From Octopus vulgaris (lineage: Eukaryota), in contig OX597838.1 in assembly GCA_951406725.2 (NCBI GenBank), forward strand, positions 24,986,001 through 25,050,000: a stretch of DNA of 64,000 nucleotides, in the 5' to 3' direction. The notes under the pieces are model-generated. The model was not told the DNA's origin. It ran no database searches and saw nothing but the letters and a program-made list of their open reading frames with translations. A program made the position numbers and the translations under genes. Shown here piece by piece: positions 26,162 through 40,465 of the stretch; positions within the stretch are counted from its first letter, which is position 1; each line of letters opens with the position of its first letter.

Positions 26162-26946
26162 TTCTAGTTTCTTACAAGATAATTCTTGTTTTTCTTTAAG
26201 AGTACTTATCTATTTTTATTGGTCAAAGTTAAATTATCTGGTAAGGTCCCAATAATAATTATGATAACAATAATAATCTTGTATTTCTGTTTTTTGTACC
26301 CAACTTATTGGATCACTTTTGCTCATTCATGTTCCGTGTGACTGTGTCAAATGGGATGATGATGCTATGAAGGACAATGCAGGGCATTCACACATCAAGT
26401 ACACAGTCTGAGTAATTTTTAAGAGGTTTCTCCATGTGGAAATACCTCAATGACAGAATAACAGAGCAATGTGAAATATGAAAGCGGAAGCCAACACAAG
26501 TCCATGAAAAAGAGTGAAGTCGAAGGTCACAAACAAGTGATGTAATAACAGAACATGATGATTTAAAGGTTTCTAGTGAAAAACTCGGGTCATTCATAAG
26601 AGACATCCGGTTATGTTTAGAGCGGCATTTGGTCTTTATAATTTTATTAATCTTCTAATTGGCTTGCAGAATGAAACAGGAATTTCCCCACACCTTTTAT
26701 AGAATAGGAAAAAACAAACGGATAATTGTGCGCCAAACACAAAAGAGAAAGTAAAATGTTTCAGTTTCTAATTAATGTAAATTTTCCTGGAACTTTGGAA
26801 TTTGTTTGTTTTCTTTGAAAGATTTAGAAAAAATTTTGTGGGTTTTTTTTTGCTGAAATTTTCGATATTTTTTTTATTGCATGCTGTATGAATGTCCAAA
26901 TAGAAGTACGTGTATGCATCATCATCATCATCATTGTCATCATTAA

Positions 26947-27190
26947 CGTCTGCTTTCCATGCTGGCATGGGTTGGACGGTTCGACTGAGGACTGGCAATC
27001 CAGAAGGCTGCACCAGGCTCCAATCTGATCTGGAAAAATTTCTACAGCTGGATGCCCTTCCAAATGCCAACCACTCTGAGAGTGTAGTGGGTGCTTTTTA
27101 CGTGCCACCAGCACAAGGGCCAGTCAGGTTGTACTGGCATTGACCACACTTGATGGTGCTTTTTACGTGCCAGGAGCATGTGTGTATATA

Positions 27191-27226
<36 letters not shown>

Positions 27227-27528
27227 ACACACAGTCTAATGTGAGCTGATTCAGTGTATTTACGGTAATCCCTCGCTATATCACGTCTGCTTTCCATTCT
27301 GGCATGGGTTGGACGGTTCGACTGAGGACTGGCAATCCAGAAGGCTGCACCAAGCTCCAATCTGATCTGGAAAAATTTCTATAGCTGGATGCCCTTCCTA
27401 ACACCAACCACTCTGAGAGTGTAGTGGGTGCTTTTTACATGCCACCGGCACAAGGGCCAGTCAGGTGGTACTGGCATTGACCACACTTGAATGGTGCTTT
27501 TTACGTGCCGGGAGCATGTGTGTATATA

Positions 27529-27569
<41 letters not shown>

Positions 27570-27948
27570 CACACAGTCTAATGTGAGCTGATTCAGTGTA
27601 TTTACGGTAATCCCTCGCTATATCACATCTGCTTTCCATTCTGGCATGGGTTGGACGGTTCGACTGAGGACTGGCAATCCAGAAGGCTGCACCAGGCTCC
27701 AATCTGATCTGGCAAAATTTCTACAGCTGGATGCCCTTCCTAACACCAACCACTCTGAGAGTGTAGTGGGTGCTTTTTATGTGCCACCCCACCAGCACAA
27801 GGGCCAGTCAGGTTGTACTGGCATTGACCACACTTGAATGGTGCTTTTTATATGCCGGAAGCATGTGTGTATGTGTGTGTGTGTGTGTGTGACACACAGT
27901 CTAATGTGACCTGATTTGGTGTATTTACGTTAATCCCTCGCCATATCA
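26947..27948. repeat. Tandem triplication, unit about 340 bp (family C + TG repeat + MITE left end)
   Basis: Units restart at about 26947, 27285, 27628 with near-identical sequence. Confidence 0.9.
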
Positions 27949-28148
27949 CGGTTCACCTATCGCAGTTTATTATTTAAGCTTAGTCGATTCCTCCATGATG
28001 TTGTTTTGCATTTATAATAAAATTACAGATATAGATAAATATATACAAATTATAACAATAATTAAAAAAAAATATACAGTACAGTATATATTTTTACTGT
28101 GCGGATTTTCACCTATTGCAGGGGGGAGGGTTGGAGCATAACATCTAC
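27928..28148. mobile_element. Tigger/pogo-like MITE; second copy at 50361-50568 in opposite orientation
   Basis: Termini C.GT(A/T)AATCCCTCG...AGGGATTAC; internal sequence shared with the 50.4 kb copy. Confidence 0.75.
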
Positions 28149-28162
28149 GATACTCAAGGGAT

Positions 28163-28222
<60 letters not shown>

Positions 28223-29059
28223 ATGTGTGACAGTCTAATGTGAGCTGACTCAGTGTATTTATACCTATTTCTTTACTACCCACAAGGGGCTAAACACAGA
28301 GAGGACAAACAAGGATAGACACACGGATTAAGTCGATTATATCGACCCCAGTGCGTAACTGGTACTTATTTAATTGACCCCGAAAGGACGAAAGGCAAAG
28401 TCAACCTCGGCGGAGTTTGAACTCAGTGTATTTATACCTATCTGTCTACAGCGAGAAATTTTCTCCATGACAGAACACAGTGAATGGCTTTCTTATAGAT
28501 TTAAATATGTATCAAGTATATCCAAATTCAACCTCAGCAGAATTTGAACTCAGAGAGTGTAAAGACAGACAAAAATGCCGCTAAGCATTTTACCCGGCAT
28601 GCTAACGGTTCTGCCAGCTCACCACCCTTGTACATATGTATTTCATATGATTGGTCTGTTTAGTCTATGCCAAAACGGATCTAAAAGCTCAGTGATGATG
28701 ACGCTGACGAAGATAAGGATACAGAACAAAGAGGATTGGTATTTAATTTCATAATCAAGACTTGAATTATCTACATTTTAATTAAGTTTCACTGGTCTAT
28801 ATTTGTTGTAGTTGTTGTTATTGCTTAACCTCAATTTCTTTTCCGCCAAACACGAAGACCCAACAATATCCGGATACTGTTTTCTAATTGTCGAGTGCAT
28901 GCATGCACACAGGCATGCATAGATGTTGATTGCCTCATCTCGTTAGATAATAGCCGTCTCACATAAATGATTAGTGAGACATTTGTAATTCATTGGATTC
29001 AGGTGACAAAAACTTGTACAACACTTTTGTCACACTTTCTTGGTCAGCATAGTAAGCTC

Positions 29060-29320
29060 CATGGCCCAGTGGTTAGAGCAGCGGACTCGTGGTTGGAGGG
29101 TCATGGTTTCAATTCCCAGCAGTTTCGATTCCCACCTAAAACTCCCCGAGGCTCCAGCAGGGGGTGGTGGCGACCCATGTTGTACTCCTTCACCCCTACT
29201 TTCTCTCACTCTTTCTTCCTGTTTCTGGGGTAATGCTGTGATGGACTGGGGGTACACATATGCCATAGACACTGGGAAACCAGGCCCATGTGCCTGGCTA
29301 GGCTTGAAAAGGGTGAAAAA
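29060..29320 (+). mobile_element. tRNA-derived SINE family E with V-domain-like motif (also 46195-46500, 58523-58815; related 45121-45360, 48190-48305)
   Basis: TGGCCCAGTGGTTAG A-box, GGTTTC(G/A)ATTCC B-box, (GC/GT)GATGGACTGG..TCCTGTCCAG motif resembling the V-SINE domain. Confidence 0.8.
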
Positions 29321-29389
29321 GAAAGAAATAGTAAGCTCCAGTTAAAAACATTGCGAAATGACAGGGATAGTAATTTTTACTCCTTTTTA

Positions 29390-29730
29390 CGACCTCAGTG
29401 GAATTTGAACTCAGAACGTAAAGACAGATGAAATGCCACTAATACTTTGCCTAGCATGCTAACAATTCTGTGAGCTGCCCACCTTAACAATAATAATCCT
29501 TTCTTATTTCTTTATTGCCCACAAGGGGCTAAACATAGAGGGGACAAACAAGGACAGACAAAGGGATTAAGTCGATTGCATTGACTCCAGTGTGTAACTG
29601 GTACTTAATTTATCGACCCCAAGAGGATGAAAGGCAAAGTCGACCTCGGCGGAATTTGAAATCAGAACATAAAAACAGGCAAAATAGAGCTAAGCATTTT
29701 GTCTGGCATGCCAATGATTCTGCAAGGCTA
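29390..29730 (-). mobile_element. Family B SINE plus partial second copy
   Basis: Reverse complement of family B. Confidence 0.85.
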
Positions 29731-29737
29731 CCTTATA

Positions 29738-29787
<50 letters not shown>

Positions 29788-29836
29788 ATGAATGTGTGTA
29801 AGTATGTGTGTGTGTGTACATATATATGTATGTATA

Positions 29837-29879
<43 letters not shown>

Positions 29880-29900
29880 ATATATATATATGTATGTATG

Positions 29901-29938
<38 letters not shown>

Positions 29939-29971
29939 TGTATGTATGTTATATATATATATATATGTATG

Positions 29972-30004
<33 letters not shown>

Positions 30005-30080
30005 ATATATATATATGTATGTATGTTATATATATATATATATATGTGTTTATATATATATGTATGTGTGTGTGTATATA

Positions 30081-30139
<59 letters not shown>

Positions 30140-30518
30140 GTATATATTTATATATATATGTATATCAGTGTATGTATTCCAGTGTGAGAAACAGTTCTAT
30201 ATTTACAGCACAATTAAAGCCATTCGAATTATCATTCTGTTTACATTCTCATAAAAGCCAATTATACAGGCTGCCAGGGAAAAACCATCAAAAGGTTTTT
30301 TTCTCTCTGAAGTGCATCCCACGGTAACTCTTTGTTTAAAATGTAGCCTAACAGTTCTCGGAACACTGAATAACTAAGACAATGACATGACTAAAAGGAA
30401 AATTAACTATATTAATTACTAATTCGTACTTGTTTGGTGGGTGAGTGACTGATCTGATCTAGAGGAATTGTGTCGGCAATGGATAACAATGCTGCTAATG
30501 ACTCTTGGCACTTTAGAG

Positions 30519-30897
30519 CGGTCATTCTCAGCCATTTTTTTTTACTTAGGGACCCCTTTATTTACTACTTTATTCTGGTGGATCCTCAAAAATGTTTAAA
30601 AACTAATTCTATAGATACTTCTTTCAAAATTCCCATTTTGTTATTCACTCCTTCACTTGTGTCGGTTGAACTTAAATCCTTAAAATCCTTAAAAATGTTT
30701 TAGCCCGAAGGCCGTGGCCATGCTGGGGCACCACCGCTGAACTATGTAAAACATGTTAGAAAAAGAAACCTAGCTGTTTCTTGCAATACATACATTTAAA
30801 ACAAAACTCTTCAGAGACCCTTAAAATACTGGTATGGATCCTTAATTCACTGTTTGACCCCACCAGGAGTCATATGCACCCCAGTTCAGAACCACTG
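30519..30897. mobile_element. hAT (Charlie-like) MITE containing a short LINE tail at 30672-30738
   Basis: Termini CGGTCATTCTC / AGAACCACTG; imperfect 8-bp TSD CTTTAGAG/CTTTAGGA. Confidence 0.65.
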
Positions 30898-30965
30898 CTT
30901 TAGGACTTGCGATTCCATTACAAAATGGAACGGAAAGTTTTGGCTTTAATATATACAGATAAAAC

Positions 30966-31231
30966 CAGGGCTGTGGAGTCAGACTCGTGGAGCCAGAGTC
31001 GGAGTTGGAAACAATTAAGCGGTAGCTATACCAACTCTGACTCACAATATCATTATTCTTTAATATAAGCCAGTTATAACATATAGGCCGACTCAAAGTA
31101 CAAGAGTATTTCATATACTGTATGAGATGTGTAGCCCGCAATCACTTAATTACATAAAGAGGAGTCAGAGTCAGAGGTGCCAACAGAGAGGAGTCAGAGT
31201 CAAAGATTTTTGTTTCGACTCCACAGCCCTG
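30966..31231. mobile_element. hAT-type MITE with perfect 8-bp TSD
   Basis: TIR CAGGGCTGTGGAGTC/GACTCCACAGCCCTG, TSD GATAAAAC on both sides, subterminal GGAGTCAGAGTC repeats. Confidence 0.9.
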
Positions 31232-32149
31232 GATAAAACATTGATTTTTTCAAATCATCAGTTCCAAAGTCTTTCTAAATTACTGATTTTCCCCGATTCA
31301 ATGACAGCGGGACTGAACCTGAAGCCATATGCTAGGGAAGCAAATTTCTTGAAGGTAAAAATATGGGGGATGGTCATATTTAGAAGGTCTTTTATTTATA
31401 AATCTGCTTGATCAGAGGTGACCAATGGATAAACATCAATATCAAAATAGTCTTTTACACATTCTTCTCTCTTTTTCCCCCACTCTCCCTTTCTCTCCTA
31501 ACTAACCATTTCATTCCTTTTGCCACCCCCAGACGTAAATGGACTCTTCCAATATGTGACATTAAATTGCACTGCTGCAATGACATTTTAGTGACATAAA
31601 GGGGAAAGGGGTCATCATGACCACCACCACCACCACAAACTCCATCACTGTCTTCATCCTCATCATCATCACCATTATTATCACAATCATCATCACTACC
31701 ACCACCACCACCAACACCATTACCTCATCACTACAAACACCATCATCACCACCACCATCGCCATCATTAATCTGATAGCCTATTGGCAGAATTGTTAGAA
31801 TACTGGACAAAAACGCTTTGTGGTCTATAGGCCTTTACGATCCGAGTTCAAACCTCAACTTCAGATTTCATTGTTTAAGGGTCAAAACAAAGGACCAATT
31901 AAATACTGGGATAGAATTGATATGCTTATAATCTTAAAATGGGATTACAACAGAAAATGACAACTTATCTTGCCATTCATCCTTTGGGGGGGGGGGTGCT
32001 AAAATAAAGTACCAGTTATATATTAGGGTTGAGACAGTCTTCTGATGCAGTTTAGATGTGAATGTAATTATAATAGCGGACAATATATCTATAATCTGGT
32101 TGGTGTGTCATGACCTTGAGCAAGGTGCTTCATTTCATGTAACTAAGAC

Positions 32150-32615
32150 TACTCAGTTGGAATGAGTACAAGTTGGTGCAGCCTCCATTCTAACCAGCTG
32201 AGTGTTGGTGCAGCCTCCACTCCTTCCAGCTGAATGTTGGTGCAGCCTCCACTCCTTCCAGCTGAATGTTGGTGCAGCCTCCACTCCCTCAAGTTGAGTG
32301 TTGGGGCAGCCTCCATTCCCACCAGCTGAGTGTTGGTGCAGCCTCCACTACTTCCAGCTGAATGTTGGTGCAGCCTCCACTCCCTCAAGTTGAGTGTTGG
32401 TGCAGCCTCCATTCCCACCAGCTGAGTGTTGGTGCAGCCTCCACTCCTTCCAACTGACTACTCGTGCAGCCTCCACTCCCTCCAGTGGAATGTTTGCGCA
32501 GTCTGCATTCCCTCAAGCTGAGTGTTGGTGCATCCTCCACTCCCTCCAACTGAGTGTTGCTGCAAACTTCACTCCTTCAAGCTGAGTGTTGGTGTAGCCT
32601 CCACTCACTCCAGCT
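32150..32615. repeat. Minisatellite, unit about 31 bp (AGCTGAGTGTTGGTGCAGCCTCCACTCCTTCC-like), about 15 copies
   Basis: Directly visible tandem units. Confidence 0.95.
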
Positions 32616-32990
32616 GTCACATGTTAGATGTTATACTGGATCACTTGCAGGAAGGCCTAGGGCCAGATATGAGCAACCTTTCTCAAGAAGTAGGCCAAAC
32701 TAGACACAGATCATCACCAAGCGGGCCACACTACTTGAAAAAAATTCAAAGAAGTTTTTTTTCCATTAGGCGTGCCATTCAGAAGGTGCAATGGGTCACA
32801 GTTTCCCCACTGACTGGCCTCGGAGGGGATATCATCTATGTCTGCTGGTGGCTTAAAAAGAGACCTAACAACAATTAGCAAGGAAAGCATGGGACAAGTC
32901 TACCAAGTCATACACAATTGGGAGTGACGGTTGCAGCTTCATACACTTACAACAAGTAAGGGCAACGGATAATTTTAATTTCGCTGAATC

Positions 32991-33026
<36 letters not shown>

Positions 33027-33600
33027 CACCACCACTACCACCACTACCACCACCACCAACAACAACAACACTTATATCCCCATCACAACTGCTGCTACTA
33101 CCATCGTCACCACCACCATCACCACCACCATTACTACTACAACCATTTACAAATGTTACAACAACAACAACTACTGCTAGATATTTACAGAAAACTTAAT
33201 AAGATCACCGGGTCATTTCACCATCCAAGGATGTAAATAATTGATGATATTATATCTATACATATACACATGCATGTACATACATATTTTAACATTCATG
33301 TATGTGTGTGTGAGTGTATACACACACAGACATATATATATATGTATACACAGGCATGACTGTGTAGTAAGAAGCCTGCTTCCCAATCACATGGTTCTGG
33401 GTTCAGTCCCACTGTGTGGCACCTTGGGCAAGTGTCTTCTACTATAGCCTCGGGCCGACCAAAGCCTTGTGAGTGGATTTGGTAGATGGGAACTGAAAGA
33501 AGTCTATCATATGTGTGTGTGTGCGTGTGTATGTGCGTGTGCATGTGTGTATGTATATGTGTGTGTGTGTGTGTATGTGTATACACGTGTGTGTGTGTGC

Positions 33601-33662
<62 letters not shown>

Positions 33663-33708
33663 GTACATTTATATATGTTTGTATGTACCTATACATGTAT
33701 GTATGTAC

Positions 33709-33780
<72 letters not shown>

Positions 33781-33906
33781 ATAAAATATTTTCCAGTATT
33801 TTCAACACTTATGCATACCTCATACAAATATAACACCTACATACAGATTTGGAATACTGAAACGAGCCAAGGTGCTTCAAGAAGACAGCTTTTAACCCTA
33901 CCTTCC

Positions 33907-34135
33907 ATCACACATCCTGTGACCTCTTCAGCAACTCTCCATCCCATGTGTATCCTCTTGTCCTGTTTAGTTCATTCTGTTTTTCTGCGGTGTGTATCCT
34001 TATCTGTCCAGATAAGGATACACACCATAGAATGACAGAATGAACGAAACAGGACAGGAGGATACACATGGGATGGAGAGTTGCTGAAGAGGTCACAGGA
34101 GGTGTGATAAAAGATTTCCAGACAAAGGGCACTAA
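33907..34135 (+). mobile_element. Snap-back hairpin (arms about 100 bp) with hammerhead-like core, lying between the two halves of a family A SINE (33352-33510, 34345-34562)
   Basis: 33907-34006 pairs with 34009-34108; right arm carries CTGAAGAGGTCACA..TGTGAT-AAAAGATTTCC, homologous to 50771-50805. Confidence 0.7.
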
Positions 34136-34875
34136 AATATGAACAATAAGAGCATTCAGGGAGCGCAAACCTCTGCCAATGCAACACTGATGTCCTCTCA
34201 ATGATTAGCCAGAGATGATTTTTTAAATTAAAATATCTGAAATAAACTCGACTGCTCTCAAAAATTAAGTAAAAAAGGAGGAAAAATAATGCAGAATCAT
34301 TGTCCGGTACCAGGTCGATCTGATCAGTTTGTGCTGGTCATGAGGCGTGTGTGTGTGTTTGTCCCCCCACCACCACCATTGCTTGACAACCGATGTTAGT
34401 GTGTTCACGTCCCCGTAACTTAGTGGTTCAGCAAAAAAGACCAATAGAATAAGCACTACGCTTACAAAGAATAAGTCCTGGGGGGGTCTGTTTGTTTGAC
34501 TGAAGGCAGTGCTCCAGCATGGCCGCAGTCAAATGACTGAAAGAAGTAAAAGAATAAAAGAATATAAGCAGACATACACATTGACTGATTGCTCTGTTTT
34601 GAACAATAACGGAGAGGTCAACTATAGTACAATGGCCTTGATGAAACCAAACTTGTCCCACCCTCCGGCCATTCTCACCACCCACTCCCCAATACCCGCA
34701 CATCATGGACAACGGCCAAGAAAGAGATAGGCAGACAAAATGCAAACCCTCAAAGTATGTTGTCTCCAGGAAATCACCAATCAGACAATCGACAGAACTC
34801 GAAGCCTGATTGAAAATGTAATTTGAAAATCGTTAATTGATTCTTTGATGAATGGAAAACACTTTCAGTTTCACT

Positions 34876-34918
<43 letters not shown>

Positions 34919-35242
34919 AACTAATTTAATATAATTACACAAACACACACATGCATGCACAGGTACTCATATATATTTGCACAAATATGTATCATACATA
35001 CACATACACATAAACACACACACACACACATTTATACATGCATACATAAATACACATACACGAACACCTTATATACAAACATATACACAGATATATATGC
35101 ATATAAATGCATATACATACACACACACGTGTTGCACACATATAAAAAGGTAAAGGTACACACACACACATACACACATGTACCATACATACACATACAA
35201 GCTTTTTACATGCATATGAAAATACAACTTATACTCAAACAT

Positions 35243-35553
35243 ATCATCATCATCATCATTTAGCGTCCGCTTTCCATGCTAGCATGGGTTGGACGGTTCA
35301 ACTGGGGTCTGTGAAGCCAGAAGGCTGCACCAGGCCCAGTCTGATCTGGCAGTGTTTCTACGGCTTGATGCCCTTCCTAACGCCAACCACTCCGTGAGTG
35401 TAGTGGGTGCTTTTTACGTGCCACCCGCACAGGTGCCAGACGGAGCTGGCAAACGGCCACGAACGAATGGTGCTTTTTACGTGCCACCGGCCTGAGGCCA
35501 GTCTGGGCGGCGCTGGCAATGGCCACGAACGGATGGTGATTTTTATGTGCCAC
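35243..35553 (-). mobile_element. Family C (RTE 3' UTR); other copies at 8477-8640, 38902-39097, 42630-42877, 44590-44900, 49110-49335, 59870-60282
   Basis: Same motifs as 25078-25528. Confidence 0.85.
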
Positions 35554-35781
35554 CATATACACAAATATAATGCATATAAATGCATACACACACACACACG
35601 TGCATGCACACAAATCTATATACACATACACACACATATATATACAGAGATCACAGATACATATGCATACACACATAAACATATATACGTACAGAGAGAG
35701 ACAAGAGACACACACACACATATGAAGAGACAGTGAGACACACATAAACAAACATGCACACAGAAATATATATATATATAT

Positions 35782-36007
35782 TCTCTTTTACTCTCTTTTA
35801 TTTGTTTCAGTCATTTGACTGCGGCCAAGCTGGAACACCACCTTTAGTCGAGCAAATCGACCCCAGGACTTATTCTTTGTAAGCCTAGTACTTATTCTAT
35901 TGGTCTCTTTTGCCGAACCGCTAAATTACAGGGACGTAAACACACCAGCATCGGTTGTCAAGCGATGTTGGGGGGACAAACACAGACACACAAACATATA
36001 CACATAC

Positions 36008-36046
<39 letters not shown>

Positions 36047-36225
36047 AACACACACATATATACAACAGGCTTCTTTTAGTTTCTGTCTACCAAATCACCT
36101 CACAAGGCTTTGGTCGGCCCGAGGCTATAGTAAAAGACACTTGCCCAAGGTGCCACGCAGTGGGAATAAACCCAGAACCATGTGGTTGGTAAGCAAGCTG
36201 CTTACCACACAGCCATGCCTGCGCC

Positions 36226-36226
<1 letters not shown>
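35782..36226 (-). mobile_element. Family A SINE, full length
   Basis: Reverse complement of the consensus. Confidence 0.92.
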
Positions 36227-36257
<31 letters not shown>

Positions 36258-36442
36258 AACAAACACACACATACATACACAGAGAAACTCATTTACATAC
36301 AGAGACATATGCATACATGCACACATAAACATACACATACGCATAGAGGAACATACAAACACACACAGATAGTTGCGGTCAAGGTTGAACTTTTAGATAA
36401 AACCTGAGAAGAGTGTTTGTCTTCATGTGTTGCTCTTTGTCC

Positions 36443-36920
36443 ACACCACCATCAGCATCACTATCAGCATCACTACCACTACCAGCATCAACATCACCAC
36501 CACCACCATCAACACATTATCATCACGATCACCAGTGGCAGCAATACTATCGCTAATGTTCCTAGCTCCACCACCACCACCACCATAACAACAACCAGCA
36601 GTACTACAAAAAATATGTACCTCAGCCACCATCACTACCACCACCACCACCACCACCATCATTATCTGTATCACTAACAGCAGCAGCACCACCACCACCT
36701 TTACCACCGCCATCACAACCTTCATCATCAATGACCACCACTGCCACTACCACCACCATCACATCATTATCACCAGCATCACTACCACTACAATCATCAT
36801 CATCAACCACCACAATCATTACCATCATCAACTACAATCATCATTGATTATTGACGACCACCACCATCAACTATCACAATCACTATCATCATCATCATCA
36901 TCATCCTCGACATCATCAGA
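36443..36920. repeat. Degenerate (CAC/CAT)n tract (similar at 31615-31770, 41710-42140, 60390-61025)
   Basis: Trinucleotide low complexity. Confidence 0.9.
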
Positions 36921-37444
36921 AGCAGTATCATTCCTGTTTCAAAAATGTCAATGTTACAGTCATGGGTGGATTGACCAGAATTGGTATTTACTTATGGTCT
37001 GTGTTTACGATCTGTGATCAAATCCCACAGGAGTCAACTTCGTTGTTTTCCTTGTTTGATCCACTTGGGGGTTCGACAAGATGAAATACCAGTCAAGTGC
37101 AGTAGGAGTGGGCATGGAGCCACTTTTTCTGATTATACTCTTCCCTCCACTGCACACAAAGCTGTGGCTTTTGCGCTAATACTGGTAATCATTACTGCAA
37201 ACCATCATCATCAGCATCAATACAATCATTAATCTCATCATCATGCATTACATTATCTCTTCCTGTCCCCAATATTCTTGTAGTAAACACCCTTAACTAA
37301 TCAATTGTGTGTGTATGTATATATGTGTGTGCATATATATGTGTGTATGTGTGTGTGTGCGTATATATATATATATACATATATATATACATATATATAT
37401 ATTCATATATATATATACATATATATATATACATATATATATAC

Positions 37445-37493
<49 letters not shown>

Positions 37494-37496
37494 TAC

Positions 37497-37531
<35 letters not shown>

Positions 37532-37603
37532 CATATATATATACATATATATACACATATATATATACATATATATACATATATATATATATATTTTTTT
37601 TTT

Positions 37604-38134
<531 letters not shown>

Positions 38135-38516
38135 TATAACGATACTCCATGTTTGTTTTCATTCTGTTTCCTTGTTTGTCTCCACTGTCCTTTTCTGTTC
38201 CCAACTTTGACCCTCCATAAATCCTGAATTTTATTTTGGTACTTATGGGAGCAACTGTCTTTGAAGACTCATATTGTTGTTCAATGCTCGAAATGAGGAG
38301 TAGACAGACAGCTGACAACTGATGAAGGGTCGTTCTTTATGTTAGTTGTCCTGTTTTCCATTTCTTTCTCTCACTGTTTGCATATTGAACTCATTTGCTT
38401 TCATATTTCATGTTGTTTACTGTGTTCTGAGTCAACCAAAGCCTTGGAAAAGGTCTGTAGTATATATATATATATATATATATATATGCATATACGTATA
38501 TAGAGTGAGAGGTAGG

Positions 38517-38619
<103 letters not shown>

Positions 38620-38855
38620 GCAGACAGACAGGCAGGCAGACAGACAGACAGACAGACAGATAGCTGATTTGTTTTGGCTCTGAAGAAGATAGCTTTGGGT
38701 TAGTGGGTCCTTATAACTTCAGTCGATCAATCAATTGATCAATCAATAAGATTGAACCATGAATGCACTCAAACACCTATCTGAAATATCTGTAACTCTA
38801 CAATAAATAAATAAATAAATAAATAAATGCACATAACACACTATTTCTGTCTATG

Positions 38856-38899
<44 letters not shown>

Positions 38900-39220
38900 T
38901 ACGGGTGGCACGTAAAAAGCACCCACTACACTCACGGAGTGGTTGGCGTTAGGAAGGGCATCCAGCCGTAGAAACACTGCCAGATTTGACTGGGCCTGAT
39001 GAAGCCTTCTGGCTTCACAGACCCCAGTAGAACAAATCCAACCCATGCTAGCATGGAAAACGGATGCTAAACGATGATGATGATGATGATGATGATGTAT
39101 ATGTATATACAGAAATGGAGCAATAATATCAGAAGTAGATCATTGGTGTTTTAAAGTCATTTAATAACAATGGATGCATCTATCCCTTAGATGGTTACAT
39201 TACCTCTAACTTATATCTTA

Positions 39221-39272
<52 letters not shown>

Positions 39273-39330
39273 ATACATATATAGAGATATATACATATAT
39301 ACATACATACATACATACACACATACATAC

Positions 39331-39385
<55 letters not shown>

Positions 39386-40132
39386 CACATATATATATAT
39401 GCACACGCACACGCATATATATATATATATATATACATATATATGTATGTATGTGTGAATCCATATGATAGGATATAAGGTGCTGAGGCGAATTTGACTA
39501 AAATCCTTCTCAGCAGTGCTCCAGCATGGCCACTGTCCAATGACTAATGCAAATGTCTAAAGACAAACGGATTTGACATAGTGAACGTGATGATGACACT
39601 GATGATGATGAGAGAGAGAGGGGGGGGGGAAGACAACAAACCAATCCCAGTGTCAGCTGTGTCATACAACTTAAATTCGCTTTCCATTGGGAAGTAACAG
39701 ACCTACTGATCTACATTGCCAATCAAGGATGGGACTGAAGTAGAGGGGCGGCGATGGTGGTGGTGGTGGTGGTGGTGGCGGCGGCGGCGGTGATGACAGG
39801 ATAAGATGAGGCGACAGAAATCTATGAATAGAACCTGCATAATCATCATGGGTTGTGTTATCTCCTCCTCACTTCACTCCTCCTCATGCAACAAACCCCC
39901 CCCCCACAACTGCTTGTCATGTGTGTGACATATTTATACGTGACAGGCACTTTTACGCACGCACGCATGCACGCAAACGCACGCACACAGATGCACATTC
40001 TTTTGTTCTTGTACTTGTTTCACTCATTCGACTGCGGCCATGCTGGAGCACCGTCTTAAGCCGGGGGGGGGGGCAGGTTTAGTCAAGCAAATCGACCCGC
40101 ATGACTTATTCCATAAACCCAGTACTTATTCT

Positions 40133-40431
40133 TATGTGCCGCAAGGGGTGGCCCTTCTGTTTAACCACCCCAGGACCCCACAAAAACAAAAAACACATAT
40201 TTAATTTCTTTATTGCCCACAAGGGGCTAAACATAGAGGGGACAAACAAGAACAGACAAAGGGATTAAGTCGATTGCATTGACCCCAGTGAGTAACTGGC
40301 ACTTAATTTATCGACCCTGAAAGGATGAAAGGCAAAGTCAACCTCGGCAGAATTTGAACTTAGAATGAAACGGCAGACAAAATACCGCTAAGCATTTCGC
40401 CCGGCGTGCTAACGGTTCTGCCAGCTCGCCT
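40133..40431 (-). mobile_element. Family B SINE plus 70-bp extra 3' segment, inserted into a family A SINE with 12-bp TSD
   Basis: AGTACTTATTCT at 40121-40132 and 40432-40443. Confidence 0.85.
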
Positions 40432-40465
40432 AGTACTTATTCTATCAGTCTCTTTTGCTGAACAA

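Noticed and set aside
29581-30327. Long [12 protein letters not shown] ORFs (also 13899, 33469, 37734, 52889, 54615, 57203 and others)
   Set aside because: Stop-free translation of (TA)n, (TG)n or (GA)n microsatellites; open in several frames and on both strands
32150-32615. CRISPR-like regular array
   Set aside because: Units are contiguous with no unique spacers, there are no cas genes, and the context is eukaryotic
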